From positions 682,001 to 746,000 of the forward strand of contig NW_027211801.1 of NCBI RefSeq assembly GCF_036971445.1: 64,000 nucleotides of DNA. Reading direction: 5' to 3'. Shown here in pieces: positions 1 through 13,100 of this stretch. The notes beneath the pieces were generated by a model. It did not search any database, had not been told where the DNA came from, and worked only from the letters and a program-made list of their open reading frames with translations. The stretch's first letter is position 1. Each line of letters starts with the position of its first letter. The DNA is from Narcine bancroftii (taxonomy: Eukaryota). The position numbers were made by a program, and so were the translations under genes.

Positions 1-430
1 ACTACAAACTATCCCAAATAAAATATTTTGTAGTTAACTTCTATATGTTCATTGATTTATTCACTACTGTGATGGATGCCTGCTCTTTCCAAAAAATAAC
101 CCTCATTACACTATTAAACACATATATTTCATATACAGATGCAATACTTGAATTAAAAAAAAAGAACAATTATCATGTAAATTATAACATATCTTTTCCA
201 ATGGAATACACAATCATAACTCTGCTTGCCATCTCTGGATATTCAGCTCAATCTCATTTTTCCATCTAATTGCTGCATATTTCCTAGGCACTGCTCAGGC
301 CAGTTGGATAAATGCAAACTGGAATTTCTCCAATTTTAAACCCAAAATCAATGTTGTCCTATATCCAAGTAAAAATAACATTGGATTGAGTTCCAAATTA
401 AACTTCTTCAGTCCTTCCAAAAATTCCAAA
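1..430 (-). mobile_element. L1-clade LINE, degenerate ORF2 C-terminal fragment
   Basis: Minus-strand ...ELNIQRWQAE..CIPLEK-like and LFLLG..LKLEKFQFAFIQLA segments resemble the L1 ORF2 tail at 38230-38451 and 51270-51581. Confidence 0.65.
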
Positions 431-439
431 ATTCTACAC

Positions 440-574
440 CTAAAAGGTTTCACCCAATCGCAAGGGTCACCTTGATGGCTTGGGGTGAGTCTTGACCTTG
501 ATTGACATGTAATGTGTCCTCTGAATAGGAGCGCCACAGTGCCACCCTGTGGTCGCAACAGGCTCTCCATTACA
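440..574 (-). mobile_element. Truncated LTR (U3 start) of the class III-type ERV family
   Basis: Starts TGTAATGGAGAG on the minus strand; homologous to the LTR starts at 9237(-), 33924(+) and 37776(+). Confidence 0.75.
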
Positions 575-579
575 ACCAT

Positions 580-925
580 TTAAATTGAACTATTTTTTAA
601 CATTGAGTTTAATCTCCCTCAACCAAAGGCATAATTTCACTTTTAATCCAATTAATTTTATAGCCTGATATTTCACCATATTTCTTCAATCGCATATTCA
701 AAAAAAGCAAATAATTTTCAGGGCCTGTTAAATAAATCAAATCATCGTCAACAAATAAATTAATCTTCAATTAATCAGAATTAACTTTAATTACTTTAAT
801 ATTAATATATTTTATTAATTATGCTAAACTTTCAATTGATAAACCAGATAAAGCTGGGTACAAAGGACATCCTGATCTAGCTGATCTAGTTAATAAAAAA
901 GCTGAAGATATGTCCATTAGTTTGT
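580..925 (-). mobile_element. L1-clade RT fragment
   Basis: Minus strand gives SGCPLYP (QGCPLSP motif) and KINLFVDDDLIYLT (KISLFADD motif). Confidence 0.7.
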
Positions 926-959
926 GTTAGGGACAGGGCAGGGTGCAGTGAGGGTTGTA

Positions 960-1985
960 AGGGGTCAAAATGCCATTAAACTGGTAGGAGTTGATTGCTT
1001 CTCAGACTGCAGTCCTGTGACTAGTGGTGTGTCTCAGGGATTGGTGCTGGGGCCATTACTATTTTTCATATCAATGCTCTGGGTGATAATGTGGTGAATT
1101 AAATCAGCAAGTTTGCAGATGACACTAAGTTTGGAGGCGTTGTGGACAGCGAAAAAGGTTTTCAAAGCGTGCAGAGGAATCTGGACCAGCTGGAAAAATG
1201 GGCTGTAAAATAGCAGATGGAATTTAATGAAGACAAGTGTGAGTTGCTGTATTTTGGAAGGACAAACAAAGAAAAGACATACAGGGTGAATGGTCGGGCC
1301 CTAAGGAGTGCGGTAGAACAAAGGGACCTGGGAATACAGATACATCATTCCCTGAAAATGGCATCACAGGTGGATAAGGTCAGAAAGAGAGCTTTTGGCA
1401 TCTTGGCCTTCATAAATCAAAGTATTGAGTACAGTAGTTGGGATATTGTGGTCAAGTTTTATAAGACATTGGTGGGGTCAAATTTGGAGAATTGTGTGGA
1501 ATTTTGGTCTCTGAAATATGGGAAAGATTGAAGAGAGCAGATAAGAATTAGTAGGATTTGGCCAGAATTCAGGACCTGAATTACAGGGAAGTGTTAGACA
1601 GGTGAGGACTTTATTCCCTGGAGCGTATTAATGAGGGAGATTTGATCGAGGTTTTTTAAATTATGAGGAGTATAGACTGAGTATAGCTTTTTCCTAAAAA
1701 TTGAGGACATGGACGAAGAATGAAAGGAGAAACATTTGGGGGAACATGAGAGGGAACCTGTTCACACACAGAGTGGTGGGAGTGTGGAACGAGCTGCCAG
1801 CTGAAGTGGTGAATGTGGGATCAGTTTTAACATTGAAGAAGTATTTGGAGAGTTTCATGGATTGGAGGCTGGAGAGGGTAATGGACGGTGTGCAGGTCTT
1901 TGGGACAAGGCAGAATCTCATTTGGCACAGACTAGATGGGCCAAAGTGCCTGTTTCTGTGCTGTAGACATCTCTGGTTCTAGAAT
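960..1985 (+). mobile_element. CR1-clade LINE, 3' part of ORF2 and 3' UTR, degenerate
   Basis: SKFADDTK, MEFNEDKC, QRDLG, LENCVEFWS and FTHRVVGVWNELP motifs; stops and frameshifts. Confidence 0.9.
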
Positions 1986-1999
1986 GTCCAAAAACACCA

Positions 2000-2320
2000 T
2001 CCACGGGGAATTCCATCTGCGCCACAGTGGCCCTAGATGATTGATGGATATTTTCTAAATTCTTTGGACTTCAGCTTGTATTGGGAAGGGTTGTGGCTGT
2101 CATGTGATGGCACTGTTCTGCCTACATTGTCGGAGGACACACAAACTACTCATCAAGGTCTGGTTCCACCCCACCCATTAGTGCTCACCTTGCTGTTGGC
2201 CACATGGAAATGACTTGGACTGCACTCTCCAGCCTGTCTGTACTTGGCCTTGGACAAATGGCTATTTTAATTAGATTAACCCTCCTGCCATTGAGCTATT
2301 GGCCTCCAGTAAATGATGTG
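2000..2320 (+). mobile_element. LTR-like fragment (inverted paralogue at about 32400-32760)
   Basis: Contains GGAGGACAC...ATCAAGGT, also seen in the class III ERV LTR; lies between two CR1 copies in both duplicated segments. Confidence 0.4.
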
Positions 2321-2324
2321 AGCA

Positions 2325-5300
2325 TTATAAAGTTGCGATGTTCTCCTTGAGTACTATTGGGTGGGATAGTCAGGCTAAAGAAGGCAGCGGTGGCTGTACC
2401 TCTGGCTCAGGGTCATCCTCTGCAGCCCAGAAGGGAAGGGAAAGGAAAGGAGGAGGAGGGCGATGGTTATTGGGGATTCAATGGTCAGGAGGACTGATAG
2501 GGGTATTAGCAGATAAAATAGAGGAAGCCGTATGGTAGTTTGCCTCCCTGATGCCAGTGTCCAGGATGTAACTACTCATATCCAAGGCATCCAAAAGGGG
2601 GAGGGTACTGAACTAGAGGTCGTGGTACATGTTGGTCCCAACAACATTGGGAGGAAGGAGTAAGTGATCCAAAAGAATGAATATAGGGAGTTAGGTAGGG
2701 AGCTCAGAAGAAGAACCATAAAGGGTGTAATCTCTGTATTACTTCCTGTGCCACGTGATAGTGAGGGCAGAAATAGAATCAGGTGGATGCTGAATGCGTG
2801 GCTAAAGAGGTGGAGTAATGGGCAGGGATTTGGGTTCTTGGATCACTGCAACCTATATTGGGGGAGGTAGATGGAACGGGGACAGTATGGATGGGTTGCT
2901 TCTGAACCCCAGAGGGACCAGTCCCCTGGCGGGGGCATTTGTTAGGGCTACTGGGTGGGTGGAGGGGGGTTGCTGAGGAGGAGAGGAATAGAAGCTATGA
3001 TGGGGAACAGAGGATGGTGACAAATAATATTGTGGATGACCAAGAGGGGGATAGGCAGAAGGTAAGATGCGGGAAGTCTCTGAGATGCATTTACTTCAAT
3101 ATAAGGAAGGTGGAGGAGCTGAAGGTGTGGATAAACACTTGGCAGTATGATTAGTATGACTTAGTTGAAGCAGGGTTGCGACTGGCAGTTAAATATTCCA
3201 GGATTTCTCTGCTTTAGGTGTGATAGATTTGGAGGGGGTGAGGGGTTGCATTACTTGTCAAGGAGGATATTATAGACGTACTGAAGCGTGATACATTGGA
3301 GGGCTCGTCAAGGGAGACGGTGTGGATGGAATTAAAAAATAAAAGAGGTGAGGTAACGCTTATAGGGGTGTATTATAGACCAACAAACAGGGAGAGGGAA
3401 CTAGAAGAGCAAATGTGTAGGGGAATAGCTGAGATGTGCAATAAGCACAGGGTGGTGTTGGTTGGCGATTTTAATTTTCCTAACATAGATTGGTAGACGC
3501 AGTCAGTGAGTGGGCTGGATGATTAGAGTTTGTAAAATGTGTTCAGGTGTGCTTTTTGCATCAATATTTTGAGGTGCCTTCTAGAGAGGTGGCAGTCTTC
3601 GATCTCCTGTTGGGAATTGACTAGGGCAGGTGACGGAAGTGCGTGTAGGGGAGCACTTCGAATGCAGTAATCATGGTACCATTAATTTCATCTTAATCAT
3701 GGAAAGTGGTCAATCTGGTCCGAAGATGAAGGTCTTTGAGTGGGGGAAAGCCAGATTCAAAGAAATGAGAAGAGATTTGCTGGGAGTAGTTTCGACTGAT
3801 CTTTTTTCTGGAAAAGATATAGAGGAGATTAGAGAGCATTTAAAGGTAAGATTCTGAGAGTGCAAAGTCTTCGTGTTCCTATCTGGACAAAAGGAAAGGC
3901 CAAATGTTCAAGGGAGCCATGATTTTCTCGAGAGATTAAGAATTGGTTCGGGATAATAGGGAGGTCTACGTTAAGTACTAGAAGCAAAGGATGGATGAGA
4001 TGTTGGAATGATACATAGATTGTAGAAAGAACTTTAAGAGGGAAATTAGAAAGGGAAAAAGAAGGTTCGAAGGGGCTATAGCAAAATAGGGTGAAAGCAA
4101 ATCTGAAAGGTTTTTACAAATATGGGAAAAGCAAAAGGAAATTTAAGGATAGAATAAGTCCACTCGAAAATCAGAGCGGAGGAATGTCTGAGGAACCATA
4201 TGAGATGGGGGAGATATTGAATAAATTCTTCTTGTCAGTGTTCACGAGGGAAAGAGAATTGTGTAGGATACGTGATGCAAAAGGGTTAGTTATGGAAAAA
4301 TTAGTAAAGAGGGGATTTCATAACTTCTGGCATATATAAAGGTAAATAAATCTCCTGGTCCAGATGAGGTTTTTCCCAGGACCTTAAGGGAGTTCAGGGA
4401 GGAAATAGCAGAGGCTGAAAGTGATTTCTGAAATTTCACTTGAGGAGAGTGCGGTGCCGCGGGGTTGGCAGGTTGCAAACTTGGTTCCATTGCTTAAAAG
4501 GAGGGCAAGGTGTAGGCCAAGCAATTATCGGGCAGTAAGTTTGACATCACTAGTAGGGAAACTAATGGAAGGAATTCTTAGGAATAATATGTATAAATAC
4601 CTGGAAAGGCAGGGATTGATCAGGGACACCCAACAAGGGTTTGTGAGGGGAAAGTCATGTTTGATGAATCTTGTTCTAATTTTTGAAGAGGTAGCCTGAA
4701 TGGTTGATGAAGTTCGAGCAGATGATGTGGTCTATTTGGGTTTTTGTAAGGCTTTCAATAAGGTTCCACGTGGAAGGTTAGAGAGGAAGGTTCATTCTCT
4801 TGGGATTAATATATTGACAATCAGATGGGTTCAATAGTGGCTGGAAGATGTCACCATAGTGTAATGGTGGACAACTGTCTATTAGGATGGAGGCCAATGA
4901 CGAGCAGTGTATCTTTGGTATCAGTGTTGGGTCCTTTGCAGTTTGTCATTTATATTAATGATTTGAATGATGGGGTGGTAAATTGGGTGAGTAAATATGC
5001 AGACAATACAAAAATAGGGGGAGTTGTGGAGAGTTAGGAGGGTTTTCATGGACTACAGAAAGACAGTTTGGGAAGGTGGGCTGAAAGGTGGCAGATGGAG
5101 TTTAATGTAGATAAGTGTGAGGTGATTAATTTTGGAAGGAATAACCAAAATAGGATGCATGCAGTGAAGGGGAAGGTATTGAGGAATGCAGAGGAATGGA
5201 GGGATCTTGGAATAATGGTTCAGTATTCCTTGAAGGTGGATTCCCATGTAGATAGGATGGTGAAGAAGACTTTTGGTTTGCTGGCCTTTATAAATCATAG

Positions 5301-5915
5301 CATTGTAAATATGTGCTGGGGGGTTATGTTAAGACTGTTTAAAGCATTAGTGAGGCCAAATTTGGAGTATTGTGTGCAGTTCTGGTCTCCAAATTATAGG
5401 ATGGATATAAATAAGTTTGAGAGGGTGCAAGGAAGATGTATGAAATGTTGGCTGGATTGCAGAATGTTGAATACGGAGTAATATTGAGTAGACTGGGATT
5501 ATATTCATTGGAGCATAGAAGGTTGAGATGTGATTTGATGGAGGTATTTAAAATTATGAAGTGAATACATAGAGTTGATGTGAATAGGCACTTTCCCCTG
5601 AGGGCAGGGGAGATTGGAACAAGGGGTCATAAGCTAACAGTTAGGGGGAAAAACTTAAGGAGCAATACAAGAGGATGCTTCTTCACTCAGAGAGTGGTGG
5701 CTGAATGGAATGATCGTCCGGAAGAGGTAGTTCCACCATGGTCAATTCTGTGATTTAAGAGGAGATTAGTTGAATACTTGGATGTGAGGGGATTGGAGAG
5801 TTATGGGCAAGGTAGTGGGTAGGTGGAACAAGTGGAGTTGTACGTAATTCGGTGCAGGCTAGAAGGGCCAATATGGTCTGTTTCCATACTGTAAATTGTT
5901 ATGAGGCTATATGGT
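2325..5915 (+). mobile_element. CR1-clade LINE, near full length (ORF1 esterase end, APE endonuclease, RT), degenerate
   Basis: ORF1 VVHVG.NNIG and LNAWL..W; endonuclease IGVYYRP and GDFNFPNIDW; RT NYRAVSLTS, QQGF..GKSC, SKYADNTK, LEYCVQFWSP. Confidence 0.92.
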
Positions 5916-6099
5916 ATGACTAAGATTGTTAATGTGTGATATAGGTTGGTTCATAATAACTTTATACATTAGTGATATTTGACCCCTCAAAAATCAAAGA
6001 GATCATATTTAATTTCTTCATATTTATGTTTCAGGTGCCAGAAGGAAGTAGGTTCTTTCCTACATTCCACTTGGTTATGTGATTATGGTGAAACAATTT

Positions 6100-6510
6100 T
6101 ACCTCCATATACTATGAAAATCCCCCTCATAATTTTAAATACCTCCATCAAATCTCCCCTGATTCTTCCACATTTGATGTGATAAAGTCCTAACCTGTTT
6201 AACCTTTCCCTGTAACTCAGTTTCTGAAGTTCAGGGAGTGTCCTAATAAATCTTCTCTGCACGCTTTCAAACTTACTGATATCTTTCCTGTCGTTAGGTG
6301 ATCAAAACTGCTCACAATGCTCCAGATTTGACCTCACCAATGTCCTATTGAACTTGACCAAAATAATCCAACTGCTATACTCAATACTTTGACATATGAA
6401 GGCCAAGATGTCAAAAGCTCTCTGTATGCCCATATCCCCCTGTGATGCCTCTTTCAGGAAATGATGTATCTGTATTCCCAGGTCCCTCTCTTCTACCACA
6501 CTCCTCAGTT
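6100..6510 (-). mobile_element. CR1 RT 3' fragment
   Basis: ORF 6302-6553: ERDLGIQIH...LVRSNLEHCEQF. Confidence 0.85.
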
Positions 6511-6559
6511 TAGGATGTTTGTGACTAAGATGCTTTTCCCCTTTATTTGTCACTGGGCT

Positions 6560-7165
6560 CCACAGTTTTCAACTTGTAATCAAATAATTCACATGTAATT
6601 AAAGTGCATGTTCCAGATTTTATTCATGGTTATTTGGACACATTTTGGTTTTACCATGTAGAGATTACAGCCCTTTTAATCCATGGTCACATAACATTTG
6701 GCTTCACCACTGTTTGTGAGAACTCAGGTGTGTTTAATTGCTTCATTGGTGCAGGTATAATTGAGTGAGGCTTTCACTAAGCGTTTGGAATCTGTGGTTG
6801 CCATCTTTCTCCACAAAGAACAGAGTTGTGCGAATGAAAGTTAAATAATTCATTATGAGGCTGGAAAACCAGAATAAAACAGTGAAAGACATCGTCAAAC
6901 CTGCCTCCTGAAGAGTGTTTCTGATCTGTCCGACAGGAGTTTGGGGATTTTTCTTCATTCTGCTAAGATTTCTTTTGTCATCAAAAGTGGAGGTTTTCCT
7001 TGGTCGACCAGTCCCATTGCGATGACTGAGATCACCAGGACCCTCTTTCTTCTCAGTGATGTTCCAAACAGTTGATTTTAGTCATCCTAAGGTTTGGGCG
7101 ATGTCCCTTACTATTTTATTCTGGTTTTTCACCTCATAGTTACTTCTTTAACTTTCATTTGCACA
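6560..7165. mobile_element. Tc1/mariner transposase N-terminal fragments, two pieces in opposite orientation
   Basis: Plus 6835-6900 MKVK..IMRLENQNKTVKDI; minus 7157-6900 MKVKEV...GTGRPRKTS.FDD...KKNPQTPVGQIRNTLQEAG (GRPR paired/HTH signature). Confidence 0.8.
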
Positions 7166-7369
7166 TGTTTGTGACATTAAATCCTGATTCTGTCGGGTTT
7201 ATCTCAAGAGATGCTATTTCTCTGGCTGAGTCAATCCAGCAAACCTTCATTTACATATTTTTTTATTTTGCAGTTCATAAGGTGGCTTTTAACAATGTGG
7301 ACATAATTAAGAAAAGAAAATAACCATTGGCGTTCCCAGCCATGTCAATATTGCAGGAGTTCGGGGACT

Positions 7370-7960
7370 GGAATTGTTGGCCTTCAGTGTTGGAGGGATT
7401 GAATTAGGAGCAGGCAGGTCGTGCTGTAACTACACAAGGTCCATGTGAGGCCACATCTGGAGAACTGTGGCAATTCTGGTTTCCTTACCTGAGGAAGAAT
7501 TTACTAGCTTTGAAGGTGGTGCAGAGGAGGTACACCAGGATGATTCCAGAGATGAAGACGTTGGCCCATGAAGATAGCTTGAGTTGTCTGCGACTGCACT
7601 AACTGGAATTTTGATTAATGAGAGGGGATCTAATAGAAATGTATGAAATTATGAAAAGCATGGATTAGATAGAGGTAGATAAGTTGATTCAATTGGTGGG
7701 AGGGACTAGAACTAGGGGGCGGCCTCATTCAGGGGAGTAGATTAAGGATGGAGATGAGGAGGAACTGCTTTTCCAAGAGGGTGGGGAATCTGTGGAATTC
7801 ACTGCCCATTGAAGCAGTCAAGACGACTGCAGTAAATATATTTAAGGCAAGGTTGGATGGATTTTTACAAAGTTTTTACATAGTAGGTGAATTAAGGGAT
7901 ATGGGGAAATGGCAGGTCAGTGGAGATGCCCCCATTATCGGATCAGGTTCAAAATGCTGA
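7370..7960 (+). mobile_element. CR1 3' fragment
   Basis: RPHLENC.QFW.P and MRRNCFSKRVGNLWNSLP. Confidence 0.85.
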
Positions 7961-7985
7961 ACCTACTTATGCACACATATGCAAT

Positions 7986-8890
7986 CTTTGGCTTGGCTTC
8001 GCGGACGAAGATTTATGGAGGGGGTAAATGTCCATGTCAGCTGCAGGCTCGTTTGTGGCTGACAAGTCCGATGCGGGACAGGCAGACACGGTTACAGCGG
8101 TTGCAGGGGAAAATTGGTTGGTTGGGGTTGGGTGTTGGGTTTTTCCTCCTTTGCCTTTTGTCAGTGAGGTGGGCTCTGCGGTCTTCTTCAAAGGAGGTTG
8201 CTGCCCGCCAAACTGTGAGGCGCCAAGTTGCACGGTTTGAGGCGATATCAGCCCACTGGCGGTGGTCAATGTGGCAGGCACCAAGAGATTTCTTTAGGCA
8301 GTCCTTGTACCTTTTCTTTGGTGCACCTCTGTCACAGTGGCCAGTGGAGAGCTCGCCATATAACACGATCTTGGGAAGGCGATGGTCCTCCATTCTGGAG
8401 ACGTGACCCACCCAGCGCAGCTGGATCTTCAGCAGCGTGGACTCGATGCTGTCGACCTCTGCCATCTCGAGTACTTCGACGTTAGGGATGAAAGCGCTCC
8501 AATGAATGTTGAGGATGGAGCGGAGACAACGCTGGTGGAAGCGTTCTAGGAGCCGTAGGTGATGCCGGTAGAGGACCCATGATTTGGAGCCGAACAGGAG
8601 TGTGGGTATGACAACGGCTCTGCATACGCTTATCTTTGTGAGGCTTTTCAGTTGGTTGTTTTTCCAGACTCTTTTGTGTAGTCTTCCAAAGGCGCTATTT
8701 GCCTTGGCGAGTCTGTTGTCTATCTCGTTGTCGATCCTTGCAGCTGATGAAATGGTGCAGGCGAGTTAGGTAAACTGGTTGACCGTTTTGAGTTTTGTGT
8801 GCCCAATGGAGATGTGGGGGGGCTGGTAGTCATGGTGGGGAGCTGGCTGATGGAGGACCTCAGTTTTCTTCAGGCTGACTTCCAGGCCAA
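7986..8890 (-). mobile_element. RTE-clade LINE, 5'-truncated, young
   Basis: FTYLG-type RT tail, QLRWVGHVSRM..RLPK..LYGEL, C-terminal C..C..H; 3' end AAATCTTCGTCCGCGAAGCCAAGCCAAAG; 11-bp TSD ACATATGCAAT at 7975-7985 and 8891-8901. Confidence 0.92.
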
Positions 8891-8999
8891 ACATATGCAA
8901 TACACAAAGGGTAAATGTACACTTCGGATAAAGAGCGATAAACCGAGAGAAATTGAGGAAATTACTTAAATACATACAGAATCAAGGTGATACTACATG

Positions 9000-10100
9000 G
9001 CCCCACCACATGACCGAACAAAGCCAAGTGCAGGAGCTGAGCTGGGGTCAGTTGAGGTGATTCACTTGGGCCATTTGATTGAAAGTCAGGTCTGAGTCTG
9101 GGCATGCTTTCTGGACCAATCGCAAGGGTAACCTTGAAGGCTTTGGGTGAGTCTTTAACCTTGATTGACAATTAGTGTGTCTTCCCAACAGGAGTGCAGC
9201 AGCACCACCATGTGGTGGATGCTGCCTCTCCATTACAATTCACCCTTTCAGAAGACTGCATGCCAATAATATATGATAACTAAGTCTAACAGAGTAATGC
9301 CAAAGTGCGTATGATTCACAGGCACAACAAAGAATAATCATGGCTATAATAAGAAGAATAAATACAGTACCCCAGTGTATGATAGTTACCCAGATACACC
9401 CAATGGAGCCAAATGACCACCAGTCTCCACATGAGGTGATGTGCTGGATGAACTGCTCCCTGGATTTTTTAAATTTTAGCCACAGATTCCCGAATGTGGT
9501 CAGCTAAGTGGGTGCTGTTGGTGGATTCATTGGGTAGGTAGGTGCAGCGTCCTGACCAATAACGACACAGGTTACCACATTCACCATCAGCAGTTAGTCC
9601 AGGGCTATCCAATTTTGCAGTGCGACCATACGGATCGCCATTAGCTCTGCAGCTATCTGGGTCAAGGCATTCTGTGTTTGTTGTAAAGCCACTGCCATCT
9701 CGTTTGCCAACATCTCAAGGATGTTGGACATCTGGATCAATTTGGTGGAGAGCCAGACAGTACTGTACCTGGGGAAGGCGATCACTCAGAACCTTTCCAC
9801 TGCTATGATGGTTCACTTGTTGTGGAGGTCACCAAAGGCTGGGTGCTCCCCCAGGTAATCAAGAGCATGGATGTAGGACACCACGAATTTGGGAAAACTG
9901 CAGTCGTACCAGGGGGCAGGGAACCAGGGGTAGGCATGGTGGTTGCATACCCAGTGGGTGCAATTCAAGGTCCAGGGAGCCCCCAGCTTGGTGACACCAT
10001 TGGAGGTGGTGAGTGCTGAGCCCGGGTAAAAACACACATAATGCTATGGGGGTGGGAGGGCTGTATTGCAGCACACCACTAGGCAGGTGAACCGGCCCTG
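9000..10100 (-). mobile_element. env: Class III-type ERV remnant: 3' env (SU end, TM), PPT and partial 3' LTR
   Basis: NCTHWVC..AYPWFP.PWY; TM heptad with ISD-like IRMVALQNWIALD; AAAGGGTGAAT then TGTAATGGGA LTR start at 9237; paralogous to 37000-37950. Confidence 0.85.
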
Positions 10101-10102
10101 CT

Positions 10103-13100
10103 TGTAATCCACGTGGCGGGGCAGTCGGCCAAAATGGCGCTGTCAGGGGTATCCCCTTCATCTCAACAAAAGGCTCAGAAGCCCATGCTAGGGGACCACA
10201 CGACACCAGGGTGACGTCATCGCCCCCCCCCCCCAGCACAGTTCTTAGCCAGGTCTGGGCTGGGAGTACAAGTCCAGCCCAGTAGCCTGCAATAAATCAG
10301 TTCTGCTCACTGACCTCAACCCATCTGGTTGTGTGTTCTTTCAGTAACAGTGTAGTTGCCGCTATAATTGGTGACCCCAACTGGTCTAACATTGTTGAAC
10401 CCATCATGAGCGAACCTGGGATCAGTGTTATAGTCTTCAAGCTGCCTGAATTCTGGGTTCAGGAGCCGGAGACAGGGTTTGACCACACGGAGGCTCAGTT
10501 TCACCTTGCCAGATTTCATCTGACATGACCTAATTCTACCATGTGATCACCGCCCTGGACCAGGATACCACCAAATATGTGCCGCACCTTGTTCAGCACC
10601 CACCCATGGAAGACAAATATGAGACGATCAAGCGAGTGCTCACCTGATCCCTTGGACAATTCAGGCACCAGTGTGCCACTTGTATGCTGCACTTCAACGC
10701 CCTGCCTGGCACCCCTGTGGAGACTATCGAAGGTTCATTGACGTGACAGTTCCTGACCATTACCCATCCCTCACATCCAGGACTTTACTGCCAATGTGCA
10801 TGGTGCAAGGGTTTTTTCCAAGGTTGACCTTGTTAGAAATAGATGTACCTTCACAGAAATTGCTCGAGACAAAAATTGAGAACAAAGAACATTTATTAAA
10901 CAACAATGCAAAGTTGGGTGCTTCCCCTTACCATGGGAATACACACATACACTGGGGCTTTTATACAGTTCATTTCAGTATAGGGATACCCTCCCCCTTA
11001 CATTCTTCTGCCTCCTGGAGAGGTTTGGCATTAGGTAATCCCGCCTGCCTACGTGCTGTTTCTGTGCACTTGGAGGACCAGCGGGTATCCTGTCGGAGTC
11101 TTCTCATGTCATTATCCTCATTGTCCTTATTCACAACCCTGTCTTTGTTCTAATTTACACCTTCCCGACCCTCAGGGCTGTGTCCTCATCATATGTAGAA
11201 CTGGCTAATACTGTCTAAGGCTTACTAATTACATATTCAAACTTGCTAATTCTATCTGGGGCTAGAAGACCCTTATCTCATTCATACTAACTCTACTTCC
11301 TACATTCTATTAACAATTATCTCTCCTCATCTCATTCATACAGTGAACTTGCTGATTCTGTCTAAAGGCTAGGAGATCCTTATCTTACTCAGACTGATTC
11401 TGCTTCCTGCATTCTAATATCCATGTCTCATCCTGTTAGTACTGGCTTCATTCATTTACTCATGTATCAATTTTTGTGTCTTCATGTTCATATTTGTACA
11501 TCAGTTTTTATCATCTCTCACAACCTGGTGCACGGGTATCACTAAATCCACCATGGTGCACCCTGAGGACATACCCAAGACGGCCATCATAACCCTCTTC
11601 AGCTTGTTTGAATTCCTTCGCATACCGTTTGTGCTCAAGAACCACACTCACACATTCCAGCGCCTCATGAACTCAGTGGGGGTGACCTCGATATCATCTT
11701 CGTTTCCTTAGATGATATCGTCATTGCCAGCAGTTATCGGGCGCAACACAAGGCCCAACTGCCCACCCTCTTGTCCCAGCTGGCCGACATCAGCCTCACC
11801 ATCAATCCAGCTGAGTGCCAGTTTGGGCAAGAGTCCATGCAGTTCCTGGGCCATATCATCATGGCCGAGGAAGCCATGCCCTCTGCTATAAAGGTCGCTG
11901 CTCTCAAGGTTTTCCCACAATCTCAATGGGCTGCAGGAGTTTGCGGGTATGGTCAATTTCTACAACCGATTCAAAGCGGGATCTGCACGTGTCATGGAGC
12001 CGCTATTCACCCTCATCGTAGCCAAGCACAAGACGCTCACCTGGATCCCAGAGACCTGCTGTGCATTCGAGGCCACCAAGGACACACTCGTGAATGCCAC
12101 CATGGTCACCCACATGCACACTGACCTGCAAATGGTGCTCTCCATTGATGCCTCTGCCTCATCTGTCAGTGATGTCCTGGAGCAGCAGGTGAACGGACAA
12201 TAGAAATCGCTGGCATTCTTCAGCCGACTTCTCCGCCCACCAGAGTGCAAGTATAGCACTTTTGACCGTGAGTTACTGGGCATGTACCTAGTGGTGAGGC
12301 ATTTCCACTATTTCTTGGAGGGGAAGAATTTTACCATCGTCACTGACCACAAACCCCCTCACGCAGGCACTCGCGATGTCGAAGGACCCCGTGTCGGCCC
12401 GCCAGCACCGTCACCTCTCCTTTGTGTCAGAATTTACCACCAACATTCAGCACAAGACAGGGAAGGACAACATTTTAACCGATGCACTCTCATGACCAGT
12501 CATCTGTATACTGATGCCCGGCCTCGACTTCAACCAGCTCACCCGGGATCAGAAGTCAGATGAGGAGACGTGAACCTTCAGGACTGCCATCAAGTGCCTG
12601 TGGTTCCCAGACCTCACGACGCCGATCGGCAGAAGCACCGTCCTGTCCAATGTCTCCATGCTCACTCCACAGGCAATGGTTCCCCAGCAGTGCCACAGAC
12701 AAGTCTTCCATCACATCCACAAACTTTCTCACCCATCCATCAAGTCCACAGTCCAGAAGGTGGCAGAGTGGTTTGTCTGGCACTAGCTGTGGAAGCAGAT
12801 CAAGGGCTGAGCTAGAATATGGACCTATTGTCTAAGGGTCCAAGGCCCACCAGGGCGCACATGCAAGAGTTTGAACGTGTCCGGGAATGGTTCAGCCACA
12901 TTCACGTGGACATAGTCGGGCCTTTGCCCGTTTCCCAGGGCAACCATTACCTGTTCACGGTGGTGGACCGCACAACTCGTTGGCCGAAGGCGATCCCGAT
13001 GCCATAGTTGGGTCACCCGGATTGGAATTCTGAATCGCCTCAGGAGCGATTGGGGTGCCTATTTCATCTCTGCGCTCTCAGCACAGCTCACCAATAGGTT

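Noticed and set aside
7909-8406. Antisense ORFs over the RTE copies (also 29195-29614 and 29915-30244)
   Set aside because: Shadow frames of near-identical young elements; starts and lengths depend on flanking DNA.
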